32,965 bases of DNA, from NCBI GenBank assembly GCA_012862495.1, contig BLSG01000190.1, positions 2,061 through 35,025 of the forward strand, in the 5' to 3' direction. The translations under genes were made by a program, and so were the position numbers. A model generated the notes under the pieces. The model did no database searches. It worked only from the letters and a program-made list of their open reading frames with translations, and was not told the DNA's origin. This DNA comes from Thraustochytrium aureum. Lineage: Eukaryota. Of the stretch, positions 21,279-32,381 are shown piece after piece. The stretch's first letter is position 1, and each line of letters opens with the position of its first letter.

Positions 21279-21428
21279 AAAGCAAACAAAACAAAACAAA
21301 ACCTTCGAACAAACAAAACGAAAAAATTCAAACCGCCACAGAGCCAATTCAAAAATTCAAATTCAAAAATTCAAAAAAACCCCAAAAAACCCCAAAAAAA
21401 CAACCTAAATAAAGCCAAAAAGCAAAAG
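21279..21428. other. A-rich low-complexity tract between divergent genes
   Basis: CAAAA / AAAATTC / CCCCAAAAAA units between SLD5 (minus) and the 21789 gene (plus). Confidence 0.55.
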
Positions 21429-21788
21429 CGCCTCTGCGCAGCCGCGAGAGGAGCAGCCGAGGAACAAATGTTGTTCCTCGCCTCCCTGCCTAGTTGCTGC
21501 TGCAGTCGCGGTCGTTGCTGCAGACTCCGATCGAGCAGCCGGCCGGCCAGGCAGCCAGGCAGCCAGGCAGGCAGGCAGCCAGGCGTTGCCCGAGGCGTTG
21601 CCTGAGGCGCGAGGGTCTTGGCGCGAGCGTCTTGGCGCGGGTCGCCCCTGGCGCCTCGGCCCTGGCGCGGTTTTGTTTTTTGGTGGGTTTTTTGTTGCTC
21701 TTGGCGCCTCGCCGTCGCCCGGGGGTAGAGAGGACGTGGTTGGCGGGGCTGGCTCGCGGGCCGGCTGCGCCACGCCCTGCGCGCCGCG

Positions 21789-22079
21789 ATGCAGGTCGAG
21801 TGCGTGGCCCAGCGCGAAGGGTCGACCAAGCAGGATGCGGAGACGGAGAATACCTTCGAGCTGGATCATGAGCACGCGGCCGTGCCTAGGCTGTTCAAGC
21901 TGCTGGACGGAGGGCCGGCGCCCGATAAAGTTGAGCGCGAGCGCCTCAATATGCAGGCCGGCATCCTCGCCGCGCTCTCGCAGGGGCGCGACGAAGAGGA
22001 CCCCAAGGTGCTGGACAGGTCCGCCAGGAAGTTTGAGCTGCAGGTCTACCTGGACGCCAAAAGCTTCGACGCCTACGTG
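21789..22079 (+). CDS. 5' part of an unknown protein with a possible KIX-like helical motif; continues into gap 22080-22812
   Basis: Coding-like GC3 bias. DPKVLDRSARKFELQVYLDAKSFDAY resembles the A..FE..VY..A.S...Y pattern of Med15/CBP KIX-type domains. Confidence 0.5.
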
Positions 22080-23276
22080 NNNNNNNNNNNNNNNNNNNNN
22101 NNNNNNNNNNNNNNNNNNNNNNNNNNNNNNNNNNNNNNNNNNNNNNNNNNNNNNNNNNNNNNNNNNNNNNNNNNNNNNNNNNNNNNNNNNNNNNNNNNNN
22201 NNNNNNNNNNNNNNNNNNNNNNNNNNNNNNNNNNNNNNNNNNNNNNNNNNNNNNNNNNNNNNNNNNNNNNNNNNNNNNNNNNNNNNNNNNNNNNNNNNNN
22301 NNNNNNNNNNNNNNNNNNNNNNNNNNNNNNNNNNNNNNNNNNNNNNNNNNNNNNNNNNNNNNNNNNNNNNNNNNNNNNNNNNNNNNNNNNNNNNNNNNNN
22401 NNNNNNNNNNNNNNNNNNNNNNNNNNNNNNNNNNNNNNNNNNNNNNNNNNNNNNNNNNNNNNNNNNNNNNNNNNNNNNNNNNNNNNNNNNNNNNNNNNNN
22501 NNNNNNNNNNNNNNNNNNNNNNNNNNNNNNNNNNNNNNNNNNNNNNNNNNNNNNNNNNNNNNNNNNNNNNNNNNNNNNNNNNNNNNNNNNNNNNNNNNNN
22601 NNNNNNNNNNNNNNNNNNNNNNNNNNNNNNNNNNNNNNNNNNNNNNNNNNNNNNNNNNNNNNNNNNNNNNNNNNNNNNNNNNNNNNNNNNNNNNNNNNNN
22701 NNNNNNNNNNNNNNNNNNNNNNNNNNNNNNNNNNNNNNNNNNNNNNNNNNNNNNNNNNNNNNNNNNNNNNNNNNNNNNNNNNNNNNNNNNNNNNNNNNNN
22801 NNNNNNNNNNNNATCTTGTCTCTTCTGAAACTGGCATCAGCACCGGGCGCCACGGGCTCGGCCCCATCCCCCCATTGACCCCTTTCGCGTACATACATGC
22901 TCTGCAAACACAGTGTACTCTACGCTGTTTCGCGTCGCCCGTCGCGGCGGCGAGAGCGTTCATGGGTAGCAACATGCGCCAGCCAACCGCAGGGGGGTCG
23001 GGCGGAATACAGCTCGCTCGGCCGGCACTCGCGACGCCAACAACGCGCGCCTCGCCCAATGTTGGTTTTTTATCGGGAGACGGAGACACACGAAAAACGT
23101 ATCCTTTCTTCTGCCGCGTCGCGCGAGCCGAGGCGCCCACAACTGCGCGGCCCACACAACGACCTACTACTAGCATCGCGCACGCTCTCTCGAGGGGTAG
23201 GTAGGTAGGCCCACCTAACCACTTTTCTACCTGATGGATTGCTCCCGGCGTGCCGCTCCTGCGAGCCAGCCGGCGC

Positions 23277-25091
23277 TCACTCGGCCACGGCGCCGACACT
23301 GCCCCCCGGCCGCAGCGTCAAAACGCCAAAGCAGTGGTCGCACACCGTGCGCGACGTGTCCCCAGTACCAAACTTGATGATCGGGTACTTGTGCCCCGTG
23401 CACTTTGCACAGCACGAACGCCCGCAATGCTTGCAAGCCTTCTGGTCCAAAAACATCCCAAACGCGCTCGAGCACACCATGCAGCTCTTGACCCCGGCGT
23501 GGAACTTCTTCATCAAGTACGGATCTGGGGGCACCTGCACGGCGTCAAGGAGCACGATGGCAAACCCCTGCGAGGCGAGACTCAGCGGCGTCTCCCTGTT
23601 CGCGTTGGGGATGAAGAGCGGCGCCCCCATCCTCACCAGCTCGCGCGCGACTTCTCTGTTCACTTGACAGGCAACGTGAAGCGGCGTGTTCCCGTTCTTG
23701 TCCTGCTCAAAGAGCCGCACCGTTTCGCCCCAGAACGGCTTGAGCGTCGCTTTGCCAGCCATAGAGTTTGCCGCCAAAATGTGCAGCGGCGTTGCACCAG
23801 ACAAATTCTTCGCGTTCGGGTTGGCGTCGTTCTCGATCAGCGCCTTTATCGCGCGCGGGTGGTCCGCACAGGTGCTCGAGCACACCAGATGCAGCGCCGT
23901 GTTGCCGCTATTGTCTGCGAGGTCGACAACCCCACCACCACTGCCCCGGCGCTCACCACTGGCGGGCCTGCTCTGTTTGGCGATCGACTTGTACCCGAGC
24001 AAGTTGTGGAGCACCGTGACATTGCACACCCGCGCGGCGTGGTGAAGCGCGGTCTGGCCCTGCGCGTCGCCCTTGACGAGGCTTGCGCCACTGTCCAGCA
24101 AAAGGTGCAGCGTTTTGATCGCGCCGATTCGGCACGCCGCATGCAGCGGGGTCTGGCCATACTCGTTGGCGCCCTCGTCGGCGGCCTTTCCGCCAACCCC
24201 CTGGCTCAGTGCGCCGTGGCGGATCAAAGCTTTGGTGATGGCGAGCGCGTCGTCGCCCTTCAGCGCGGCCTCCATCAACGGCGTGTTCCCCGTGTTGTTT
24301 CGCGTGTTGACCTTGGCTCCGTGCTCGAGCAACAGCTCAACCATGCGCTCAGACCCGTCCCCGCTCCACTGATACGAGTGAATTGCTGCCTCGAGTGCCG
24401 TGCGGTGCTTTCGAGCGTCCTCGACGGAGGCGTCCGCGCCGCTTTTTAGCATTTCCTCCACGATGTCGCACAACCCATGTTGGGCCGCAAGAACCAGCGG
24501 GGGTACGTGCATCTCCTCCGCTGTGCGCTCGACCGCTTCTATGGAGGCCCTGACCCCGCCTTCGCCCCCTTGAGAGGCCGGAAACCCCGAAGCGCTCGCT
24601 GCGCGCTCGCCGCCGTCGTCGTCAAGGCCATCGAGTAGTCGGAGCCCCGGAATGCTGTGCAACTCGCTAAACCCGGGCGAGTCGTCGAGCAGCAAGGCCC
24701 CGGTCCCTATTGAGTGCCGCCGCCGGGAGTCGCTCCCGTTCTCAAGCTCCGCGCCAAGCCTGCGGCGCCTCGGGTCGGCATCAAGCAGCAGCGATGCGCT
24801 GTGGCCTGGGTCTGGCGGCGAGTGCGTTTCGCCGGCGTTCTGCAGCGACTTGCGCGAAGATCGGAACACGTCCTGGCCACTGCCATGCGTGGGCGACTCA
24901 TAACTCAGAGAAAGCGGCGTAAACCGCTCCGACCGGTAGCGCCGCGCAGTCCGCGCAGGACGCGACACCGTGTCGGGGGACCTGCGGTAAAAGCTGTCCA
25001 CTTCCTCGTCTTCGTCTGAAGAAATTCGCTCGATCCGGGCGAACGAGCGCTCGTACAAGGCCCCGCTGCTGTCGGCGATACGGGCCTGCTC
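23277..25091 (-). CDS. Ankyrin repeats + C-terminal degenerate FYVE zinc finger (probably the tail end of the myosin gene)
   Basis: Ankyrin repeats: GNTPLMEAA, GQTPLHAAC, GQTALHHAA, GNTALHLVC, GATPLHIL, GNTPLHVAC. Zinc finger: CMVC...CKHCGRSCCAKC...RTVCDHC. Stop at 23277-23279. Confidence 0.9.
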   Translation of the reverse strand, partial: EQARIADSSGALYERSFARIERISSDEDEEVDSFYRRSPDTVSRPARTARRYRSERFTPLSLSYESPTHGSGQDVFRSSRKSLQNAGETHSPPDPGHSASLLLDADPRRRRLGAELENGSDSRRRHSIGTGALLLDDSPGFSELHSIPGLRLLDGLDDDGGERAASASGFPASQGGEGGVRASIEAVERTAEEMHVPPLVLAAQHGLCDIVEEMLKSGADASVEDARKHRTALEAAIHSYQWSGDGSERMVELLLEHGAKVNTRNNTGNTPLMEAALKGDDALAITKALIRHGALSQGVGGKAADEGANEYGQTPLHAACRIGAIKTLHLLLDSGASLVKGDAQGQTALHHAARVCNVTVLHNLLGYKSIAKQSRPASGERRGSGGGVVDLADNSGNTALHLVCSSTCADHPRAIKALIENDANPNAKNLSGATPLHILAANSMAGKATLKPFWGETVRLFEQDKNGNTPLHVACQVNREVARELVRMGAPLFIPNANRETPLSLASQGFAIVLLDAVQVPPDPYLMKKFHAGVKSCMVCSSAFGMFLDQKACKHCGRSCCAKCTGHKYPIIKFGTGDTSRTVCDHCFGVLTLRPGGSVGAVAE

Positions 25092-25430
25092 NNNNNNNNN
25101 NNNNNNNNNNNNNNNNNNNNNNNNNNNNNNNNNNNNNNNNNNNNNNNNNNNNNNNNNNNNNNNNNNNNNNNNNNNNNNNNNNNNNNNNNNNNNNNNNNNN
25201 NNNNNNNNNNNNNNNNNNNNNNNNNNNNNNNNNNNNNNNNNNNNNNNNNNNNNNNNNNNNNNNNNNNNNNNNNNNNNNNNNNNNNNNNNNNNNNNNNNNN
25301 NNNNNNNNNNNNNNNNNNNNNNNNNNNNNNNNNNNNNNNNNNNNNNNNNNNNNNNNNNNNNNNNNNNNNNNNNNNNNNNNNNNNNNNNNNNNNNNNNNNN
25401 NNNNNNNNNNNNNNNNNNNNNNNNNNNNNN

Positions 25431-26875
25431 CACAACTTGTCGTCGCGCTGCTCAATGGCCCAGGAAATCGCCTCAACGCGAGCTGCGCGCCGAGCCGAGC
25501 CGGCCCAGGCGGCAAACGCTGCTTGCACAAGGCGCCCGCCAGAGCGCGCGCGGAGCCGCTCGACCTTGAGCTCGTTCCTGCGCCTCTCGCGCGCCTGCCG
25601 GGCCCACACTTGGAACGCCATAGCGACCCGCCGAGACGAGAAGGCGCGCTTGGCGCACTCGGCCCGCTGCTTTAGCACCTTGCTCTCGCGAACCATGGAA
25701 GCCCAAACGTTGACCACATTTTGGGCGACACGGCGCGAACGCCGGTCAATCAGGACGCGCGCTTGTAGGATGCTCTCGGACCGCCTCTTGGCGCGTTGGA
25801 GCGCGGAGATCTCCTTGTCCATGAGCGCGAGGCGGTCCTTGGACGACTGCCTGTACTCCTCGAGGGCAGTCACGCGTAGCTCGTTCTCGTTGCGCAGCCT
25901 GGCGGCTACCTCCTCGGCTCTTTTCAGTGCAGCCCGAAGCTCGTCCGCCTCTTTGTGGGCTGATCGCATCTCTGCCTCGATTTGCAGCACGGCGGCCGAC
26001 TTGGCCATATCGCGATTGGTCTCTAGTGCGGCGCGCTCAGTCATGAGCGTCACCTCGAGCTCGGCCTTTGCCGCCTCAAGCTTGGTAACCTTGGTCTCAA
26101 GCTCGGCCTGCCGCTCCTTTGCGGCGTTGAGCGCGAGCTCAACCTCGCCTTGCTTGACCTCGGCCTGATTCTTCATTCCAGTCAGCTGCCCAAGGAATAC
26201 CTTGGTTTCATCGAGTTCGCGCTGCACTGCCGCCAGCTCCGCGCTCCGCGCTTCGTGATGCTGCGCGAGTGCGGCCTCGGCTGCAGCGGCACGCTCGAGG
26301 GCCTGGCTGTGCAAGTCCTCCGCGGCATGAAGCGAGGCCTCGGCCTCGTCAAGGCGAGCACGCGTTGCTTCGAGGTCCGCGGCGAGAGCGGCGTCCGCTG
26401 CTTGTTGGTTGGCGAACCTGGCCTCTGACTCGGCATCGGCGGCCGCCCGCTCTTCCACAAGCCGGCTCTCCATGGCCTCCAGCTCGGCCCTCTTTGCTTC
26501 AATGCGCTCCTTCTGTTGCCGAATCTCCTCCTCGATTCCTGGGGTCTCATCTTCGACCCTTTCTGGACCGAGTGAAGTGCCAGTCCCCGAAGGCGGCGGC
26601 GTTGTCGGAGCTAGGGCGGCCTTGTCGAGCTGCTTGAGTTCCTCACCGAAAGTCCTGGCGTACCAGTCGGCGGTTTCTGCGTTGTCGTCCGACTCTCGCT
26701 TGTTCGTCAATGGTGCGGTCTCGACCGCAAGCTCTGGTGGTTCCCGTGGAGCAAGTCTCGTCCCACCATCGGACGGGTGCGAATCCACGCTTGCATGGTC
26801 GGCTGCCCTAGAGTGCGATGCTGCTCGAGACGCTGCAGCGGCCGCTGCCTGCGACGTCACTCTTGGAATATCGGT
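25431..26875 (-). CDS. Long coiled-coil segment followed by Sfi1-like W repeats (probably the myosin tail)
   Basis: E/A/L/K-rich heptads. No intergenic space or obvious own start after the myosin neck ORF. W residues every 33 aa at 25705, 25606 and 25507. Confidence 0.8.
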
Positions 26876-29800
26876 GAATCACTGCGAGGACTCGAGCCGT
26901 CGCTAGACCGGCGGCGGCAAGCAATATCGCGCGCCGGCGCACGCCAGGGTCAGAGGCCGCGCTCGCCGGTGCGGGTACCTCAACATGCGCGACTCGTTCA
27001 GCATCTACTGCAGAGCTTTCCCCGCCACCAAGCGGCATTGCATTCAGCTGGGCTCTGAGAGCCAAAACCTCTGCGCGCAAACGGTCTCGCTCTGCAGCGA
27101 CACTTGACAGATCCCGAGCAGTGCGGCGCTGCTCACGCACCGCGTCACGGGCGCTCCGGCAGCGCGCGGCGCACTGGATTCTGATTGCTGCAATGCGTTT
27201 GTCAAGAAAACGTCGCCGGTGTTTGTAGCCTCGCGCCCACCGCAGCAGGGTTGCGCGGGCCCGGGCAACACGGAGCTCCCGCGCCAGAGCCCTTGCTTTT
27301 CGGCCGCGCTCTGCGCTTTGGATAGAGACCGTAGCGCCAAGCACAATTCGATAGGCCACAACGAAAAACCTCGAGCGGACCCAAGCCTGGATCCGAGTGC
27401 TTGCGCGGGTTCGGCGCAATTCGCCGGCCAGTCGCCTTGCAAGGCCTCCGCGCACGAGCGCTTGCACGCGCAGCGCTGCCAGCCTCCGCTTCGAGTAGCT
27501 TCGCGTCGCCGCAATGCATCGTACGGCAGCTTGCACCCTCGAGGCGGCGGCAAGGCGCCAGCATGCAAGCAACCTTTCAAGGATGTCGTGCCCACGCTTA
27601 CGCAGGAACACCTTGGTCTTGCCGACCTGCGTTACGTCGTCCATGTCGACCACCCCGGTTTTCAGAACACCAAGCAGATCCTTCGCGACGCCTCGGGCGG
27701 CGCTGCGGTCCAAGCTAGCCAAGGTCGCGAGGGACTCCAGGACGCGATTGCCTGCCTTGCGCAGGGCCCTAGCCCCTTCTGAAGCGGGGGCGGGAAGCGT
27801 GGGCGCTTGGCCGAAAACGCACTTGACGGCAGCGGGGCCAGCCAGACACCCGTACCGCGCAGCGAAAGTGGCGTGCGGCATGCGGATGGGAAACCCAGCT
27901 CGCGCAACGCGCACGGCCTCGAGCACCCCCCCGATCGCAGCTGCGAGACGACCCTCGGGCGGTGGATTTGCTTGGCCCGCGCAACGTCATTCGGCTTGAT
28001 GCAGCGAATGTAGTGCGGCGCCGTGCTGCTGATCGTGTCAACGAGGGAGCCAAGCTGGCGTTTGAACTCTGCGCCGACGGATACAAGAGAGATGGCCGAC
28101 CGGCGCTGCTGCTGCTGCTGCTGCTGCTTGTCAGCCGGGGCACGGCGCGGAGTCCGTTTCGAGGAGCCGCCCGCGCCAGAGTCGTCACCAGAGACGAAAA
28201 GAGCGCTGGCGAATGGGAATGAGGCGGAGGCCATGAGGTCGACAACCTCCTGGCGCAAGGCGTCGCGGTTCTTGTCGCAAAACCCGTGCGAGTCGTACAC
28301 GACCTCGCCTGCATAGTGAAACACGACAAACTTCCCGCTGACTTGCTGCGCTTTGGAGGCGCTGAAGCGGTCGTGCGCGCCGCACGACTCGTACAGCTTG
28401 CGCGCGAAGCCCTCGTCCTTGCCCTTGGGGAGGCGGCACTCGTCGTCAAGAATGGCGAGAATGCCCATGCTTGTTCCGGCCGTGCCCGCGCCGTCAATGA
28501 GCTCGACGGTGCTGGCGTTGCTGGGAAAGTCGATAAAGCTCCAGGTGATCTTTTCCTTGGCGTAGATGGACTGCTCGTGCTTGAACACAAAGTCGTTAAA
28601 CTGCTGCTGAAGGCGCTCATTCGCATAGTTGATGCACAGCTGTTCGAACGAGTTGTGTTCGAAAATCTCAAACCCAAAGATGTCGAGCACGCCAATAAAC
28701 CGTTTCGCCTTGGACTTGTGCCGAATGCACTCGTTGATGCGGAGCACGAGCCAGTCGAACGCACGGCTGTACGTGGACTTGGCGAGGGCATCGCGCGTGT
28801 CTGCTGCGAGGTCGGGTGGGAGTGGCACCTCAAAGGTCTCCTCGCGAGCCTTCACGGTGCGCGTGCAGAGCGCATTGATGATACTATCGCGCGAGACGCC
28901 TAGCAGGGCCTCGAGGGCCTGCAAAGCAGCTGCCGACGCGGGGTCTGCCTGGTCTACCGTGGAGGACGAGCCGGCTCCCTGACCAGCTGACGCCTCGTTT
29001 GACGCGCCGCCCTCGACAAAAGCGAGGTTGCCGAGGTGAAGGACGGCGGCGACGAGCTGGAACACATTGTGCTGCTCGGCGGCGGCGAGGCCCATGATAT
29101 TCATGGCGCGCTTGGTGACTTCGAGCTGGCTGGCGTCGGTCACACCGTCGCGACGGTCGTAGCAGCCCCCGGCGTTCAGGAAGCCAAAGTCGGCTGGCTC
29201 GGCGTCGCACTGCAAGCGCCAAGACGCCTTTTCCTCGTCCGACCCCCCGTACAGCATCTGGTAGAAGACATGGTACCCGCGCTCGTTGTCGCCTTGATGG
29301 ATGATGCGCACCTTTTCCAGGAGGTAGCTCGAGACTGCGGCGCCGACGAGGAACCCCTCCTGGTCGAACTGAATCTGGATGTATTTGCCGAACCGGCTTG
29401 AGTTGTCGTTGCGAATCGTGCGAGCGTTTCCGAAGGCTTCCAGGATCGGGTTGCTTTCCAGAACTTGCTGCTCGATCGAGTAGTGTTCAGGCCGAGGTGC
29501 GGCTGCTGCCTCGCCACTCTGGCCGTCGTCGGCGGCAAGGTACTCAGATACGTGCAGCTCCTCCTCGGGCATCGTTCCNNNNNNNNNNNNNNNNNNNNNN
29601 NNNNNNNNNNNNNNNNNNNNNNNNNNNNNNNNNNNNNNNNNNNNNNNNNNNNNNNNNNNNNNNNNNNNNNNNNNNNNNNNNNNNNNNNNNNNNNNNNNNN
29701 NNNNNNNACGCAGCTGCTGCAACCGCGTAGACGTGAGGCTGGCCGAGATCTGCATCTGTGCCGCGCTCAAAGCGGTACTCGTCCAGCACCGCCTTGCGGT

Positions 29801-30272
29801 ACAGCGGTAGCCGCTCGAACGGGTTGAGCGCGAGCAAGATCGGCCCGCACCAAGTGTAAATGAGCGACGTCCAGAAGCGTTCGCAAAGCGCTTGCAAAAT
29901 TGCTGGTTCGTGGAGGTGGACGAGCTGGACCAGGTCGTCGGGCGGCGCCACCCACTCGTTCCTGTCCACCACATTGCTCGACTTTACTTGGATCACTTTG
30001 TCTTCATCGATGGCTTCATCGCCTTCGCCGCCGCCCGCGCTGTCCTCGCTATCGCTGCCGGTGTTGTCTGCTCCAGCGGCGCATCGACTGAGCCTGTTCA
30101 GTTGCTCCCACGACTCGAGGCAAACGCGAAGCGTGGTCTCAGCTTCAGGGCCGTCAGCGCCAAGGGTTTCGATGCTGTGCTCTTCCACCACGAGGGCAGG
30201 GACCCAAGTGAGCTGGTCATCGTCAGCCTTCGCTGCGTCGTCCTGCTGCTTGACCCATACCTTTCGTTTCAT
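26876..30272 (-). CDS. Myosin heavy chain: N-terminal SH3-like region, motor domain, 6 IQ motifs, coiled coil; frameshift at 27926-27932, gap 29579-29707
   Basis: DDLVQLVHLHEPAIL, IYTWCGPILLALNPF, PHVYAVA, LESNPILEAFGNARTIRNDNSSRFGK, YLLEKVR, LDIFGFE, NSFEQLCINYANERLQQ, HYAGEV, PHYIRCIKPN, QLRSGG/VLEAVRVARAGFP, GKTKVFLR. The P-loop would fall in the gap. ATG at 30272 (MKRKVWVK). Confidence 0.95.
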
Positions 30273-30351
30273 GACGTCGCCGGGACGCCGCCCGGGCCGC
30301 CGCTCTGCTCCAAACCGCACAAAGTGGCTACGCGGCACCGCAGCCGGTTCA

Positions 30352-30354
30352 CCT

Positions 30355-30385
<31 letters not shown>

Positions 30386-30447
30386 CTGGTGTTGATGAAG
30401 ATGAAGAAGACGACGACGACGACGATGATGATGATGATGTTGATGAT
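30352..30447. repeat. Compound trinucleotide microsatellite (CTG)n-(GAY)n upstream of the myosin start
   Basis: About 8 CTG units, then GAA/GAC/GAT runs. Confidence 0.8.
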
Positions 30448-31890
30448 TATGCCCTGCCAGAGGCGTCGTGAACAGTCGCTGCCGCCGCCAGGGCCGCCCT
30501 GCTGGTGTTGGGGTTCCTGCTGGCGATGACGATGATGCTGACGATTATGCCAACCCGCCAAACCAGCCGGAGCCGACGCGTACAAACGCCGCTCGCCAGC
30601 ACGGCAGGGCCGTGCTGCGATTGTTGCGAATGCTGATGACGATGACGACGGCGATGGCGATGACGCCCAGCCGCCGAGCCTGCCAGAACGGTCGTGTGCA
30701 AGCGCCGCCGCCACGGCCGTCGCTGCTCTCGCTGCTCTTTGATGACGCTCCTCTGCTGCCGTCGCGCGTTTGGTGGAAGAAGAAGAAGTATGCTCGCTTC
30801 GCGGTTGGTGTTGTTTGTTCTGCTTGCACAGGGTCGCCTTTTCCGGCCAAATTATGCCATCAAACATCTGTTACCTGCAGAGGAACGCTCCTTAAAGACG
30901 CGCCGGATATTTATTGGGGGTTTTGAGCAGCTAGTGGGGGTGAGATGCTCTGGCACGCGGTTTTCATCGGGAGCAAACGCGCTTCGCGCAACAGTGACTT
31001 CGCGCGGCCGGCGACGCGGGTCGTGGGCAGAGCGCGGCAGGCGATCGCGCCAGCCTGTCTGGTAGCTTGCGATGCTGAGCCGTTTCTGCGCGAGCTGCTT
31101 GGCTCGCTTTGCACGCCGCGCTCGCGATTTTTTGGTATGTGGCATGGTGGAAAGAGAGCGCCTGTCGATGCGCCTTGCAGCAGGAGAGGAGCTCATCGCC
31201 CCCGAGCCCCAATCACAAACCGCTGCCCTCTGGCTCCGCGCGTGCGCAGAACAATAGCTGCAACAGCAAGAACAGCGCCAGCCAATCGGGGCCTCGCGGC
31301 GCGCAACAGCAGCATCACGCTCGAGATCCTCCGAGCGATCCCCACGCCCACAGCGCATACCTAGACACTGGGTGATCGATCCACCTTCCCCGCAAGGCGC
31401 CGTCCAAGCAAGTTGCAACTTCACCAGCGCAAGCCGCTCGCGCAGGCCTGCAAAAATTCACCTCCATGCTTTCTCTACAGCGCCCGCGCTGTCAAGTCGA
31501 TGCCGGCCGAGATGCCGCGCGATATCGCCTGAGCCATTGCGGCCGCTTCCCCGCGTGTCGCGCTCGCCCGCCGCGCGATCAAGTCATGCGTCAACAGCTC
31601 GAGCAGCTCGAGCGTCAACAGCAGAGCTCGAGCGTCAAAAGCACAGCTCGATCGTCAGGCTATAGGCCTATCGCCGCGGGAAGGAAGAACCCATCGTTCG
31701 TTTCGTTCTTCCCTTTCCGGTCACGGGAAGCCCGTGTTCCGTTTTCACACGTCCACCCCAGTCAAGCTCACAATAAGCCGCATGGGACGCGGTGCTTCTG
31801 ATAAGGGAGTGGGGACGCGGCCGCGATTGGGAGCCGAAGTTGCGGAGGGAGACGGCGAGATAGCAGGGAGACAGACACCCAAGTGTCCTC

Positions 31891-32211
31891 GAGCGCGCAC
31901 AGCACGCCGGCGCGCCAGGGAGCGAGCCAGGGAGCGAGCCATCGCGCGAGCCAAGAGGCCAGGGGGTCGGGCTGCCTGCCTGCTCGGTGCCGTGCTTTTG
32001 GGGGACGAGGAGTGGTCGATTGACGCTTTTTGGTTGATTTGGTGACTTCCGTGACGTGGCGGAGCGCGCAGCACGCCGGAGCGCCAGGGAGCGAGCGAGC
32101 CATCGCGCGAGCCAAGAGGCCAGGGGGTTGGGTTGCCTGCCTGCTCGGTGCCGTGCTTTTCGGAGAAGAGGAGTGGTCGATTGACTCTTTGGTGGGCTTT
32201 TTTGGTGACTT
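31891..32211. repeat. Tandem direct duplication, two ~150-bp copies
   Basis: 31891-32048 vs 32062-32211 share GAGCCATCGCGCGAGCCAAGAGGCCAGGGGGT...GCCTGCCTGCTCGGTGCCGTGCTTTT...GAGGAGTGGTCGATTGAC...TTTGGTGACTT. Confidence 0.9.
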
Positions 32212-32381
32212 TGTCCTCGGCGTTCCTGCTGTTGACGGTCAAGTGGGGTCAGGCGCGGACCAATCCTCTCTGCGCCTCTGCCGGTGCAACAAGACAGCGC
32301 GCGCGTCGCTGCGAGGACGCGGCTTTGGCGAGGCGCGGCGCCCTCTGTCGGCGCAGCTGGGCCACGTTGCGAGCTGGACGG

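Noticed and set aside
29860..30471. + strand ORF with poly-Ala/poly-Asp
   Set aside because: Antisense shadow of the myosin 5' end plus a trinucleotide microsatellite.
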